From Bryobacteraceae bacterium (lineage in GTDB: Bacteria > Acidobacteriota > Terriglobia > Bryobacterales > Bryobacteraceae), in NCBI GenBank assembly GCA_030041495.1, contig JASHNT010000116.1, forward strand, positions 9,998 through 73,997: a stretch of DNA of 64,000 nucleotides, in the 5' to 3' direction. The notes beneath the pieces were generated by a model. That model did no database searches, was not told the DNA's origin, and saw nothing but the letters and a program-made list of their open reading frames with translations. A program made the position numbers and the translations under genes. Shown here piece by piece: positions 52,969 through 62,355 of this stretch (position 1 is its first letter; every line of letters starts with the position of its first letter).

Positions 52969-54695
52969 ATCTTCATCCCATCTTTGATGCCCTGGGTCGC
53001 GCGCTACTGCATTTCTTCTGGCAAGGAGCATTGCTGGCGGTGCTGCTGTACCTGTTCAACTCAGCCGCGCGCCGGGCCGATGCACGGTTGCGCTACGCCG
53101 CCGGCTGCATCACGATGCTCCTGATGCTCGCTTGCTTTGTGGCCACCGTCGCAGTCGAGCTTCCGCACACACCTGCTCCGGTCATCGATAATCGCCTCAC
53201 GGCGACAGTGCCGCTGAGCCCGGCCAAGCAACCCGCGCATGTGATCACTGCCGAATTCTTACCCGCAACAACCCCGGTATCAGCCCTGCCGGATTGGATC
53301 GCGTGCCTATGGCTGCTGGGAGTCGCATCGATGTCGATCTACACGGGGTACGGATGGGTGCGGGTCCAAGGCCTCAAACGCCATACGCTGCAACCCCTCG
53401 ATCCAGCCTGCATCGAAAGCCTCAAGCGCCGCCTCGGCATCACGCAAGCCGTCCGCGTCTGCACCTCCATCTTGGCGGAAGCTCCCGCTGTGGCCGGCTG
53501 GTTGAAGCCTTGCATCCTGCTGCCGATCACTGCGCTCACTGGCCTCACCGAACCGCAACTCCACGCCATTCTCGCGCATGAGCCGGCGCACATCCGGCGG
53601 CATGACTACCTGGTGAATCTGCTGCAAACTGCCGTCGAGACTCTGCTGTTCCACCATCCGGCGGTGTGGTGGGTCAGCTGGCGGATCCGCCAGGAACGCG
53701 AGCATTGCTGTGACGATATCGCCGTCGCAGTCTGCGGCGATGCCGTCGAATACGCGGGAGCGCTGGCCGGGATGGAAGAGATTCGTGCTCGAGTGCCCGA
53801 GCCCGCGCTGGCAGCGACCGGAGGCGACCTGCTCGGCCGCATCCGCCGGCTGCTGGGCGAGCCGGAGCGGAGTTCGCGATCTCTCGGCCGGGTCGCCGCC
53901 GCGGGTCTGGCATTGGCGATCGCCGGCGTTCCCGCTCTGCTCTCTCAGGAAGTCAAGCCGACGTTCGACGTGGCCTCGATCAAACTGAACACCAGTGGCG
54001 ATCCTAGCTATTATTTCCGCATGATGGGCGTGAGCCCTTCCCTCACCAATCAAACCCTGCGAAACATCATTATGTGGGCTTACCGCATACACGATTTCCA
54101 GCTTACCGGCGGGCCCGCTTGGACCGGGACGGATCGCTGGGATATCGAGGCCAAGACGACAGCCGGCGCCGGCATTGACCGGATGCAGCTCATGGTCCAA
54201 AGTTTGCTTGAAGATCGCTTCAAAGTCGCTCTTCATCGCGAGATTCGGGAACTTCCGATCTTCAACCTGACGGTCGCCAAGGGCGGGCTCAAGATTCAGC
54301 CCATTAAGGAAGGAGCCTGCATCGCTCACGACCCAGGCAAGCCGGCGCAACCCCCGCCCGGCAAGACTTTCATGGATATGTGCGGCACCTCCGGCTTCGG
54401 AAGGAATATGCTGCTGGCGTCCGACGCCACTATGGCAGAGCTCGCCACGATGCTCGCGAACTCGCAGGCCGCTGGCCGCACTGTTGTCGATAAAACGGGA
54501 GTCTCCGGACGCTTTCACATTCAACTGAAATACTCGCCCGAAGAGACGGCTACCTCGCAGCCCGGCGCTGCTCCGCCGGATGAGCCGTCGATCTATACCG
54601 CCCTACCGGAACAACTCGGGCTCAAGCTCGATTCAGCCAAAGGACCCGTCGAGGTCCTGGTCATCGACCACGCCGAGAAACCTTCGGAGAATTGA
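52965..54695 (+). CDS. BlaR1-like M56 peptidase sensor with C-terminal TIGR03435-type (Solibacter) domain
   Basis: 576 aa. The start overlaps the blaI stop (ATGA). TM helices and the zinc motif HEPAHIRRHD. The C-terminal domain is PTFDVASIK...FQLTGGPAWTGTDRWDIEAK...GRTVVDKTGVSGRFHIQLKY...LGLKLDSAKGPVEVLVIDHAEKPSEN. Confidence 0.85.
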   Translation: MNLHPIFDALGRALLHFFWQGALLAVLLYLFNSAARRADARLRYAAGCITMLLMLACFVATVAVELPHTPAPVIDNRLTATVPLSPAKQPAHVITAEFLPATTPVSALPDWIACLWLLGVASMSIYTGYGWVRVQGLKRHTLQPLDPACIESLKRRLGITQAVRVCTSILAEAPAVAGWLKPCILLPITALTGLTEPQLHAILAHEPAHIRRHDYLVNLLQTAVETLLFHHPAVWWVSWRIRQEREHCCDDIAVAVCGDAVEYAGALAGMEEIRARVPEPALAATGGDLLGRIRRLLGEPERSSRSLGRVAAAGLALAIAGVPALLSQEVKPTFDVASIKLNTSGDPSYYFRMMGVSPSLTNQTLRNIIMWAYRIHDFQLTGGPAWTGTDRWDIEAKTTAGAGIDRMQLMVQSLLEDRFKVALHREIRELPIFNLTVAKGGLKIQPIKEGACIAHDPGKPAQPPPGKTFMDMCGTSGFGRNMLLASDATMAELATMLANSQAAGRTVVDKTGVSGRFHIQLKYSPEETATSQPGAAPPDEPSIYTALPEQLGLKLDSAKGPVEVLVIDHAEKPSEN

Positions 54696-54699
54696 AGAA

Positions 54700-55641
54700 T
54701 TACTTCTTGGTGTCCGCCGGTTCCTTGTAACCGGCGCCCACCAGGTGCGCGTCGGAGCGTTCGTTTTCATTGCAGATGAACTCGATCAGGTCCGTGTCGG
54801 CCATGATCCGCTGTGTCACCTTAACCGTGAACGGCTTGGTGAAGACGTGCGGATCGTCGATGGTGATGACGATGTCGAGAGTCCCGTAGTTGGGGCGGGT
54901 GAAGCGCTCGATCATGCGGCCGGTATTGGTCATGGGAGTCCCGTCGACATCCAGCCAGACGTCGTCGCGGAAGCCGGTGGTGGTCACCACCAGAGTGTCG
55001 CCCTCCCAATGCCCCACCGAATATCCGTACCACCACGGCTGCACGTCCGTTGGCGGCGAAGAGCGGCCGTCGAGGAAAATTTGCCGCACGCCGGCTTGAG
55101 CCTCATACAAGATCACGATCAGATTCGGCGTCTGGATGATCTTGCGTGGTTGTGGATGCAGATGCAGTTGCATCAGTCCGAGCGGCAGGCAGTGCGCGTC
55201 GGGGTTGTCTTTCATGTTGTCGCCCATGCGCTTCTTCAGGGCTTCCGCCGCCCACGGTTGAAGCGGAGCTCCGCCCGGGATGTTTTGGGCGATGTTGAAA
55301 AAGGTCGCGGCAGGAATGCTCGCAAGAGGGTCTGGAGTCGCCGGCGCTTCCGCCCCGGGTGCTCCAATGGGTTCGCCCCGTCCGGCTCCATTCGGTCCGC
55401 GGCCGCGTGCACCACGTCCGCCGCCGCCACCTCCGTTTGCAGCCCAGATGCCTGAAAAATCCGGATGCCCATCCGCAGCACGCGGAGTGGGCGCATTCAT
55501 GTTGACCTTTCCGTCGGGCCCTTTGGGGGCTCCGGTGGGATAGGAAGGCCATTGAGCCAGCAAAGCCGCGGGACATGCTGCCACGACGAAAGCCGCCGCG
55601 GCTGCGCGGCCTCGCGTCAGGAAAGGAACAGGAGGTTTCAT
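54700..55641 (-). CDS. secreted protein of an unnamed family (paralogue 1 of 3 in this window)
   Basis: 313 aa. Signal peptide, a Gly/Arg tract (GGGGGGRGARGRG), then the shared core: C-LP...IIQTPNLIVILYE...DGR...W.G.SVGHWEGDTLVVTTTGF...WLD..G...ERFTR...ITIDDP..FTKP...IEFICNEN. Confidence 0.7.
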   Translation of the reverse strand: MKPPVPFLTRGRAAAAAFVVAACPAALLAQWPSYPTGAPKGPDGKVNMNAPTPRAADGHPDFSGIWAANGGGGGGRGARGRGPNGAGRGEPIGAPGAEAPATPDPLASIPAATFFNIAQNIPGGAPLQPWAAEALKKRMGDNMKDNPDAHCLPLGLMQLHLHPQPRKIIQTPNLIVILYEAQAGVRQIFLDGRSSPPTDVQPWWYGYSVGHWEGDTLVVTTTGFRDDVWLDVDGTPMTNTGRMIERFTRPNYGTLDIVITIDDPHVFTKPFTVKVTQRIMADTDLIEFICNENERSDAHLVGAGYKEPADTKK

Positions 55642-55711
55642 TGGACTCTCGGAATCTTAGCGCCTGCGCGAGCGATGGTCAAGTGAGCTTAAGTGGCACG
55701 CTTACTCGCGG

Positions 55712-58213
55712 CTACTCATATCGTAGCGCCACAGTCGGATTGACGGAGACGGCGCGGCGGGTGGGAACCAGGCAGGCGACCACGGCAACCAGTGCCAGCA
55801 GCAGGGAAACGGCGACGAACGTCGACGGGTCTGTCGCCTTGACTTCATACAGCGCCGACCCAAGATAACGCGTGAGCGCGAAGGAGCCCATCAATCCCAG
55901 GGCCAGCCCGATCGACAGCAGAATCATCGCGTGCAGCACCACCAGCCGGAAGATGTCCTGCGAGCTTGCGCCCAGAGCCATGCGGATGCCGATTTCGCGT
56001 GTGCGCTCGGCGACGGCGTACGCCATCACGCCATAGATTCCGATAGCGGCCAGCACGCCCGCAATCACGCCGAAAATGCCCAACAGGAGCACGTATAGGC
56101 GCACGTATTGCACCTGGCGGTTCAGATTCTCCTCCACGGTCTGCATATTGGCGACGGGCCGGTCCGGATCGACTTCCGCCACGGCGCGGCGCACGCTTTC
56201 CGAGATCGCCATGGGATTGCCAGGTGTGCGGAGGATGAAGTACATCCCGGCGCGCGCTGCGTAGCCCGCGCCCATCCAGCGCGGAGTCTGCTGGAGATAC
56301 GGCACGTACACCACCGGCACCATCTGCCTCTGCTGCTGGTTCAAGCGGATATCGCCCACCACTCCCACGATCTCGCGGAGCGGCTCATCCGGAACGTAAT
56401 CCATCCGGATCTGTTTGCCGACCGGGTTTTCATTCGGCCAAAAACGCTTGGCCATGGTCTGGTTGATGACCACGACAAACGGAGTTGCTGCGGTGTCGTG
56501 ATCGCTAAGATCGCGTCCTTGCAAAATCTTCGCCTTGATGGTCGTGAAATAGGTGGGCGTCACGGAGATGTAGCCGGCGGTCTGCGCGGCTTCGCCGTTC
56601 GGGCCGGGCTGATTCGGCCGGCCTTCGATCAAAAATCCCATGCCCAAGGCTCCGGCCAGCGGCGGTGAGCTTGCCCCCGCGACTGAAATTACTCCGGGCA
56701 TCGTTTGCAATCGTTCCAGCACGCGCTGGAACATGGTGGCGGTCAGCGGATTGATTTCCCACACGCCCTGGTTACGATATCGGCCGACCGGCTTGATCGC
56801 CTCATCGCGGGCGAAACGGAAATCGAAGGTCAGCAGATTGTGCGGATCGGCGCCCAACGCGTTGCTCTCGATGCGGATGAAGCTGTTGATCATCAATCCG
56901 GCTCCGATCAACAGCACTAGGGCCATCGCGATTTGCAGGGTGACCAGGACGCTGCGCAGATGCTGCCGCGCGACGCCTTCGGTTCCGCTCCGTCCGGTTT
57001 CCTTGAGCGAGCCCACTAGATCGGGACTCGACGCCTGGATCGCCGGAACCATCCCGAACACCACGGCCGTCAGAATCGCAACGCCCAGAGTGAACCCCAG
57101 CACGGTCCAATCCAATCCGAGTTCATCCAGTCTGGGGAATCCGGGCGGCGCGGCGGCGATGAAGAGTTTCAGCCCTCCCCACGCTAGAAATATTCCAAGG
57201 GCCCCGCCGAGCAATGACAGCGGCAGACTCTCGGTCATGAGCTGCCGCACGATTCTCCAACGCCCCGCTCCGATGGCCGTACGAATGGCGATCTCGGTCC
57301 GCCGTGAAGCGGCCCGGGCCAGCAGGAGGCCGGCGACGTTCGCGCACCCGATCAACAACACCAGCGCGACGGCGCCCTGCAGCAACAGCAACGGCGACCG
57401 CAGGTCTCCGTAAAGCGCGGTTCCCAGAGGCTGTACGAGCGCCCCCAGGTTCTTGTTACGAGCGGGATCCGCGGCCCTTTGTTGTACGGCCAGCGCATCC
57501 ATTTCTGCCTGGGCTTGCTGGATGGTGACGCGCGGCTTCAGCCGTGCGAGCGTGCCCAGATTGTACAGAGAGCTCTGCATCTCCGTGCGCGTCCAGTTCA
57601 TCGCCGTGAAGAAATCGGCTTGCTCGTCGAAGACATAGAAATTCTTGGGCATCACCCCGATCACCGTCTTGTCCAGTCCGTCCACATGCAGCACTTGCCC
57701 AATCACGTTGGGATCGCGATTGAAGTGTTTCTCCCAGTAGCGCTCGCTGATCAGCAGCACGCGCGGCGTAACGTCCACCGGATTCTCGTCTTCGGCGAGC
57801 ACCCGGCCTAAAATCGGCTTCACGCCCAGCGTTGTAAACACGCTCGGCATGAAGTTCTCGCAATCGACTCTCTCCGGCGGCTGCCCGTGCGCGTCCGAGC
57901 CCACGTTGCACACCTGCTCGCGCACTCCGCCCATGGCCGTGAACGATTTCGCCTGGGGCTGGTAGGCAAGTAGGTTAGAGGCTACGATCCAGTTGTAATT
58001 TTCCTTATGGTCGAGCTGTGTCGAAAACAATTCCACCAGACGGTTCGCTTTCGGAAACGGCAGCGGACGCAGCAGAGTGGTGTTAATCAGGCTGAAGATG
58101 ACCGTATTCGCACCGATGCCCAGCGCCAGTGACAGCGCCGCGACCGTGGTGAACCCGGGCTTCTTGAGCAGCATCCGGAAGCCGTACAGAATATCCTGCC
58201 AGGTGGTGGTCAT
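55712..58213 (-). CDS. ADOP-family duplicated MacB/FtsX-like ABC permease (second copy, no adjacent PadR)
   Basis: ORF 55712..58261. The ATG at 58213 gives MTTTWQDILYGFRMLLKKPGFTTVAALSLALGIGANTVIFSLIN, the typical ADOP N-terminus. Two permease halves. Confidence 0.85.
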   Translation of the reverse strand: MTTTWQDILYGFRMLLKKPGFTTVAALSLALGIGANTVIFSLINTTLLRPLPFPKANRLVELFSTQLDHKENYNWIVASNLLAYQPQAKSFTAMGGVREQVCNVGSDAHGQPPERVDCENFMPSVFTTLGVKPILGRVLAEDENPVDVTPRVLLISERYWEKHFNRDPNVIGQVLHVDGLDKTVIGVMPKNFYVFDEQADFFTAMNWTRTEMQSSLYNLGTLARLKPRVTIQQAQAEMDALAVQQRAADPARNKNLGALVQPLGTALYGDLRSPLLLLQGAVALVLLIGCANVAGLLLARAASRRTEIAIRTAIGAGRWRIVRQLMTESLPLSLLGGALGIFLAWGGLKLFIAAAPPGFPRLDELGLDWTVLGFTLGVAILTAVVFGMVPAIQASSPDLVGSLKETGRSGTEGVARQHLRSVLVTLQIAMALVLLIGAGLMINSFIRIESNALGADPHNLLTFDFRFARDEAIKPVGRYRNQGVWEINPLTATMFQRVLERLQTMPGVISVAGASSPPLAGALGMGFLIEGRPNQPGPNGEAAQTAGYISVTPTYFTTIKAKILQGRDLSDHDTAATPFVVVINQTMAKRFWPNENPVGKQIRMDYVPDEPLREIVGVVGDIRLNQQQRQMVPVVYVPYLQQTPRWMGAGYAARAGMYFILRTPGNPMAISESVRRAVAEVDPDRPVANMQTVEENLNRQVQYVRLYVLLLGIFGVIAGVLAAIGIYGVMAYAVAERTREIGIRMALGASSQDIFRLVVLHAMILLSIGLALGLMGSFALTRYLGSALYEVKATDPSTFVAVSLLLALVAVVACLVPTRRAVSVNPTVALRYE

Positions 58214-58342
58214 GGAGCCCGGATGCTCCTCCTTTCTGCCGTTAGACGGGGATACTTGCAAAAAGTTCCGAAGTTACCCGCTTTTCGGCAAAGCCGAGCG
58301 ATGCGATACTATTGGCGAGCGGGAAACGCTCTTGGGGGATTC

Positions 58343-59026
58343 ATGAGAGCTCGAGTCTCACTTTTGTTACCGGCATTGCTTGGGGCCGGCGGGTTAGTCC
58401 TGGCGCAATCGGCGCCGCCGAAGGCCGACGAGGAAAATTGGAAGGGCGACCTCACGGGCGTCTGGCAAGGCCCCTATACTCCCGACTTGATGCGCGGCAC
58501 CACGGCGCAATTCACGCCCTGGGGCAAGGCGGCTTTCGATCGCTTCAACGGCACCACCGATCCTTGTTTGCCGGTCGGCGTTACGCGGCAGGCCAATGCG
58601 CCGGACCCGGTGGAGATCGTGCAGACCCCGCAACGCGTGGTGATCATGTATGAGTCCTGGGCCGTTTTTCGCTCCATTCCGACCGACGGCCGCGACCATC
58701 CCAAGAATCTCGATCCAACCTGGATGGGCAATTCCATCGGCAAGTGGGACGGCGACACGCTGGTGGTGGATGTCACGGGGATGAACGACAAAACCGCGCT
58801 CGACACCAACGGCCATCCGCACAGCGACAAATTGCATCTGGTGGAGCGATTCCGCCGCACCGGCCCGAAAACGATGTCCTATCAAGTCACGGTGGACGAC
58901 CCGGTCGCCTATACCGCGCCCTGGACACAGAGCCGCGTGTTTCAGCTCAAGCCCGGCTGGGAGTTGATGGAGTACGTCTGCCTGGAAAATGAAAAGGATC
59001 GGCAGCATTTGGTCGGAATCAAATAG
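58343..59026 (+). CDS. secreted protein of the same unnamed family (paralogue 2)
   Basis: ORF 58223..59026. The ATG at 58343 gives MRARVSLLLPALLGAGGLVLAQS. Core: DPCLPVG...EIVQTPQRVVIMYE...DGRDHP...WMGNSIGKWDGDTLVVDVTGM...LD.NGHPHSD.LHLVERF...VTVDDP..YTAPW...MEYVCLEN. Confidence 0.7.
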   Translation: MRARVSLLLPALLGAGGLVLAQSAPPKADEENWKGDLTGVWQGPYTPDLMRGTTAQFTPWGKAAFDRFNGTTDPCLPVGVTRQANAPDPVEIVQTPQRVVIMYESWAVFRSIPTDGRDHPKNLDPTWMGNSIGKWDGDTLVVDVTGMNDKTALDTNGHPHSDKLHLVERFRRTGPKTMSYQVTVDDPVAYTAPWTQSRVFQLKPGWELMEYVCLENEKDRQHLVGIK

Positions 59027-59119
59027 GCGACCAAATTACCGGGTCAGAGCATCCGAAGTTTGCCCACTGTCACAGATTCGGCTTGAAGGAGCATAATGGG
59101 TTGCGGAGGCTCCTGACTC

Positions 59120-60568
59120 TTGGATTCACGCGACCCCTTCTCCTTTTCCACGCGGCGTAGATTTTTGGGCGCCGCGGGCGTTTCTGCAAGTGCACTGTTG
59201 CTCTCGAATTGCCAGAAACAAGCGGCCGAGTCCGTTGCGTCCGAAGCCAAAGGCGCTCCTGACGTGACGCTGCGCATCGGCCCCGTGCTGGCCGACATCG
59301 CTCAGGATCACACCATCAGCACCATTGGCTACAACGGCTCCGTGCCCGGTCCGCTGACCCGTCTCAAAGAGGGAGTTCCCGCCATCGTGGATCTGTTCAA
59401 TGACACGGACACGCCGGAATACGTGCACTGGCACGGAATGATCGTTCCTACCGACGTGGATGGCGCGGAAGAAGAGCAGAGCCTGGTGGTTCCGGCGCAT
59501 GGCCACTTGCGCTATAGCCTGACGGCGAGACCCGCCGGCGCGCGCTTCGTGCATTCGCACGTGATGCCGATGAGCGATCTCAACCGCGGCACCTACACCG
59601 GGCAGTTCGGGTTCGTGTACGTCGAGCCCAAAAACAATCCGGGCGCGTACGATCAGGAGATTTTTCTAGCTAGCAAAGAATGGGAGCCGTTCTTCACCAC
59701 CGCGGAGGACGAAGAGGATTCCGGCATTGGAACTCCGCCGCCGGATCTGCCGAAAGAGACCAAACCGAACGGCTGGGAGATCGGCTACCAGCGCTTCACC
59801 ATCAATGGAAAAGCTTGGGGCTACGGCGAGCCGGTGCGCGTCAAACAAGGCCAGCGAGTTTTGTTTCATATCCTGAACGGCAGCGCGACCGAAAATATCA
59901 AGCTTGCGCTGCCCGGCCATCGCTTGCAGGTGGTGGGAATGGACGGCAATCCGGTGCCGCATCCGGCGATGGTGGATGTGCTGGAGCTGGGCACGGCGGA
60001 GCGCCTGGATGTGGTGGTGGAGATGAACAATCCGGGAGTCTGGATCTTTGGGACGCCTAAGGACGACGACCGGCGGGACGGCCTTGGGATCGTGGTCGAG
60101 TACGCCGGCAAAAATGGAAAACCGCAGTGGATCAAGCCGCCCAAGCAGGTGTGGGATTACACGATGTTCGGAACCGATAGCACTGCGCCAATGCCGGACG
60201 AAGTCATTCCGATGGTCTTCGGGAAGATCAACGGAGGGACGGGCCAGTTCAATCACTGGACCATCAACGGCCGGGAATACAGCGAGAAGGATCCGCCGCG
60301 GATGCTGCAAAAGGGCAAGCGCTACCGGCTGGCGTTCGAAAATCGTACCGATGACGCGCATCCTGTCCACTTGCACCGCAACACTTTCGAGCTGACCAAT
60401 GTCCACGGCAAACCGACTGCCGGAGTCATGAAGGACGTTGTGCTGGTGAAGGGCTACCGCAAGATCAATGTCGATTTCACGCCGGAGCTCACCGGGCTGA
60501 CTCTGTTCCACTGCCATCAGCAGCTCCACATGGATTATGGCTTCAAGACTCTGTTCAACGTAATGTGA
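59120..60568 (+). CDS. multicopper oxidase with Tat signal
   Basis: 482 aa. TTG start with GGAGG upstream. STRRRFLGAAGVSASALL. Copper motifs HWHG, HSH, HPVHLH, HCHQQLHMDYG. Confidence 0.85.
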   Translation: MDSRDPFSFSTRRRFLGAAGVSASALLLSNCQKQAAESVASEAKGAPDVTLRIGPVLADIAQDHTISTIGYNGSVPGPLTRLKEGVPAIVDLFNDTDTPEYVHWHGMIVPTDVDGAEEEQSLVVPAHGHLRYSLTARPAGARFVHSHVMPMSDLNRGTYTGQFGFVYVEPKNNPGAYDQEIFLASKEWEPFFTTAEDEEDSGIGTPPPDLPKETKPNGWEIGYQRFTINGKAWGYGEPVRVKQGQRVLFHILNGSATENIKLALPGHRLQVVGMDGNPVPHPAMVDVLELGTAERLDVVVEMNNPGVWIFGTPKDDDRRDGLGIVVEYAGKNGKPQWIKPPKQVWDYTMFGTDSTAPMPDEVIPMVFGKINGGTGQFNHWTINGREYSEKDPPRMLQKGKRYRLAFENRTDDAHPVHLHRNTFELTNVHGKPTAGVMKDVVLVKGYRKINVDFTPELTGLTLFHCHQQLHMDYGFKTLFNVM

Positions 60569-61434
60569 TGGGGAAGGCCGTGATAGCGAAAGCCGCCGCG
60601 GCGGTCCTGCTGGTGTGGCTGTGCGCGGAAATCGTGCCGGCCCAGACGTCCATTAAAGAAGGCTACGTGAACCTGCCGGGGGTGCGCATTTTTTATCGCG
60701 ACACGGGCGGCAACGGAATTCCTGTGATCCTGCTGCACCCCAACACCGGCAGCAGCCGCGTGTGGGAATACCAGATTCCGGCGTTCACGGCCAAGGGCTA
60801 CCGCTTGATCATGTATGACCGGCGAGGTTGGGGACGGACGCAAGTCGATCCTTCCGGCCCACAGCCTGGAACCGGCGCGGACGATCTGCTCGGCCTGTTG
60901 GATCAGTTGAAATTGGATCGCGTGCACATCGTGTCAACGGCGGGCGGGGCGTTCGTTGGCCTGGATTTCGCGCTTTCCTTCCCGCAGAGGGTGCGCAGCC
61001 TGGTACTGGCGAACAGCATCGGCGCGATTCAGGATCAAGAGTTTGCCGTTCTGAACCGCCGGTTGCGTCCGCCGGAGTTCGGCGCAATGCCGCCGGAGAT
61101 TCGCGAAGTCGGGCCGGCGTATCGAGCCGCGAATCCCGAAGGCACCCAGCGCTGGGTGGATCTGGAGAAGCTGAGCCGTCCGCCGGGTCCGGTGATGGCC
61201 GCGCAGCCGACGCGCAATCGCATCACCTTCGCGATGCTCGAGACATTGCGTGTGCCCACGCTGCTCATTACCGGCGGCGCGGACATGTTCGCTCCGCCTC
61301 CGGTGTTGCGCCTGTTTGCCGCCCGGATAAAAGGGTCGGAGACCCTGATCGTTCCGGAGGCAGGGCATTCGACTTACTGGGAGCAACCGGACGTTTTCAA
61401 TCGCGCTGTGCTGGATTTTATTGCCAGGTACTGA
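60565..61434 (+). CDS. secreted alpha/beta-fold hydrolase
   Basis: 289 aa. The start overlaps the oxidase stop (ATGA). Signal-like N-terminus. VILLHPNTGSS, MYDRRGWGRT, ITGGADMFAPP, GHSTYWEQP. The nucleophile-elbow region reads IVSTAGGAF (non-canonical). Confidence 0.75.
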   Translation: MMGKAVIAKAAAAVLLVWLCAEIVPAQTSIKEGYVNLPGVRIFYRDTGGNGIPVILLHPNTGSSRVWEYQIPAFTAKGYRLIMYDRRGWGRTQVDPSGPQPGTGADDLLGLLDQLKLDRVHIVSTAGGAFVGLDFALSFPQRVRSLVLANSIGAIQDQEFAVLNRRLRPPEFGAMPPEIREVGPAYRAANPEGTQRWVDLEKLSRPPGPVMAAQPTRNRITFAMLETLRVPTLLITGGADMFAPPPVLRLFAARIKGSETLIVPEAGHSTYWEQPDVFNRAVLDFIARY

Positions 61435-61443
61435 GCTGGGTGA

Positions 61444-62355
61444 TCACTCTTCGCGCTGAGGCACGAACGGCGAGGTCATGCCGTAGGGCAGGCTGGTCAT
61501 CAGCGCTTCCACCTTGCGGATCTTTCCGTCCTTGATGCGGAAGGCTTCGGCCACGTCGACGTTGAAGGGACGTTTGGCGGCGGCGGGCATCTCATGCCGG
61601 CCCTCGCCCGGCGAGTTCACCCACGTGATGTCGCCCGGATGGTTGAACATGAAGAAGCCGAAGACCACTTGCCGCTCCTCATCCACGACCAGAAAACGCC
61701 GCGGGGCGATTTTCTGGATGTAGTCGAAAATGTGCGTGTCGAGCTGCGCCGAGCAACCCTCCTTCGGGGTGGTCTTCATGCCGTTTTCAAAACGCTCGCA
61801 GTCCGGAGCGAAAGGCGCTACCTGACCGTTGCCTTGCTCGATGGCTTCGAAGTAAAGATTGGCTTTCGCGATCAACTCTGTGCGCGGCAGGCGCTGCGGA
61901 GGCGGCACGGTTTCGAGCAGCAGAGGATCCGGCGAGCCGGCTTTCTCCAGATTGTTGGCGGTACCCGCGCCACGGATCACGATCGATTCAGCTTCACTGA
62001 TGCGGCGGTTCTCGATTTTCAACCGCAGCACGAGGGACGCCGGCCGCGTGTTCTCGCGTATCGTCCCCCAGAACGCGACTTGACCCGCGGGAGGGTCGGC
62101 GAGGTACCACTTGTAGGTTCCCAGACCGCTGGCGGTCTTCCACAAACCTTCGCCGAGCTTCAATTCAATATCGTTCTCGGTAAAGCGCACATCGGGCGTG
62201 ACCGGAAGGCGGCTGGGGGCGTGTGCCACCAGGGCCTCCAGATAGTGATTGATGAAGCCTTCCAGACATGCGCGGTCGCACGGGCCGGCGGCAGGGCCGC
62301 GGCCTTGACCCATCGCCAAGCCGGCGGCGAACACGACCGTCAAGAATTGTTTCAT
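61444..62355 (-). CDS. hypothetical secreted protein (tandem paralogue A)
   Basis: ORF 61444..62367. The ATG at 62355 overlaps the upstream stop (ATGA) and gives MKQFLTVVFAAGLAMGQG. With its neighbour it shares CDRACLEGF.N.Y......H.P, GTYK, PRR..VVDEERQ.VFGFFM and SLPYGM..PF. Confidence 0.65.
   Translation of the reverse strand: MKQFLTVVFAAGLAMGQGRGPAAGPCDRACLEGFINHYLEALVAHAPSRLPVTPDVRFTENDIELKLGEGLWKTASGLGTYKWYLADPPAGQVAFWGTIRENTRPASLVLRLKIENRRISEAESIVIRGAGTANNLEKAGSPDPLLLETVPPPQRLPRTELIAKANLYFEAIEQGNGQVAPFAPDCERFENGMKTTPKEGCSAQLDTHIFDYIQKIAPRRFLVVDEERQVVFGFFMFNHPGDITWVNSPGEGRHEMPAAAKRPFNVDVAEAFRIKDGKIRKVEALMTSLPYGMTSPFVPQREE

Noticed and set aside
60922-60955. The alpha/beta hydrolase nucleophile elbow reads IVSTAGGAF instead of G-x-S-x-G. 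This could mean a Thr nucleophile or an inactive enzyme.
   Set aside because: Without an alignment I cannot tell whether Ser or Thr occupies the nucleophile position. Several hydrolase subfamilies have degenerate elbows, so this is too uncertain to promote.
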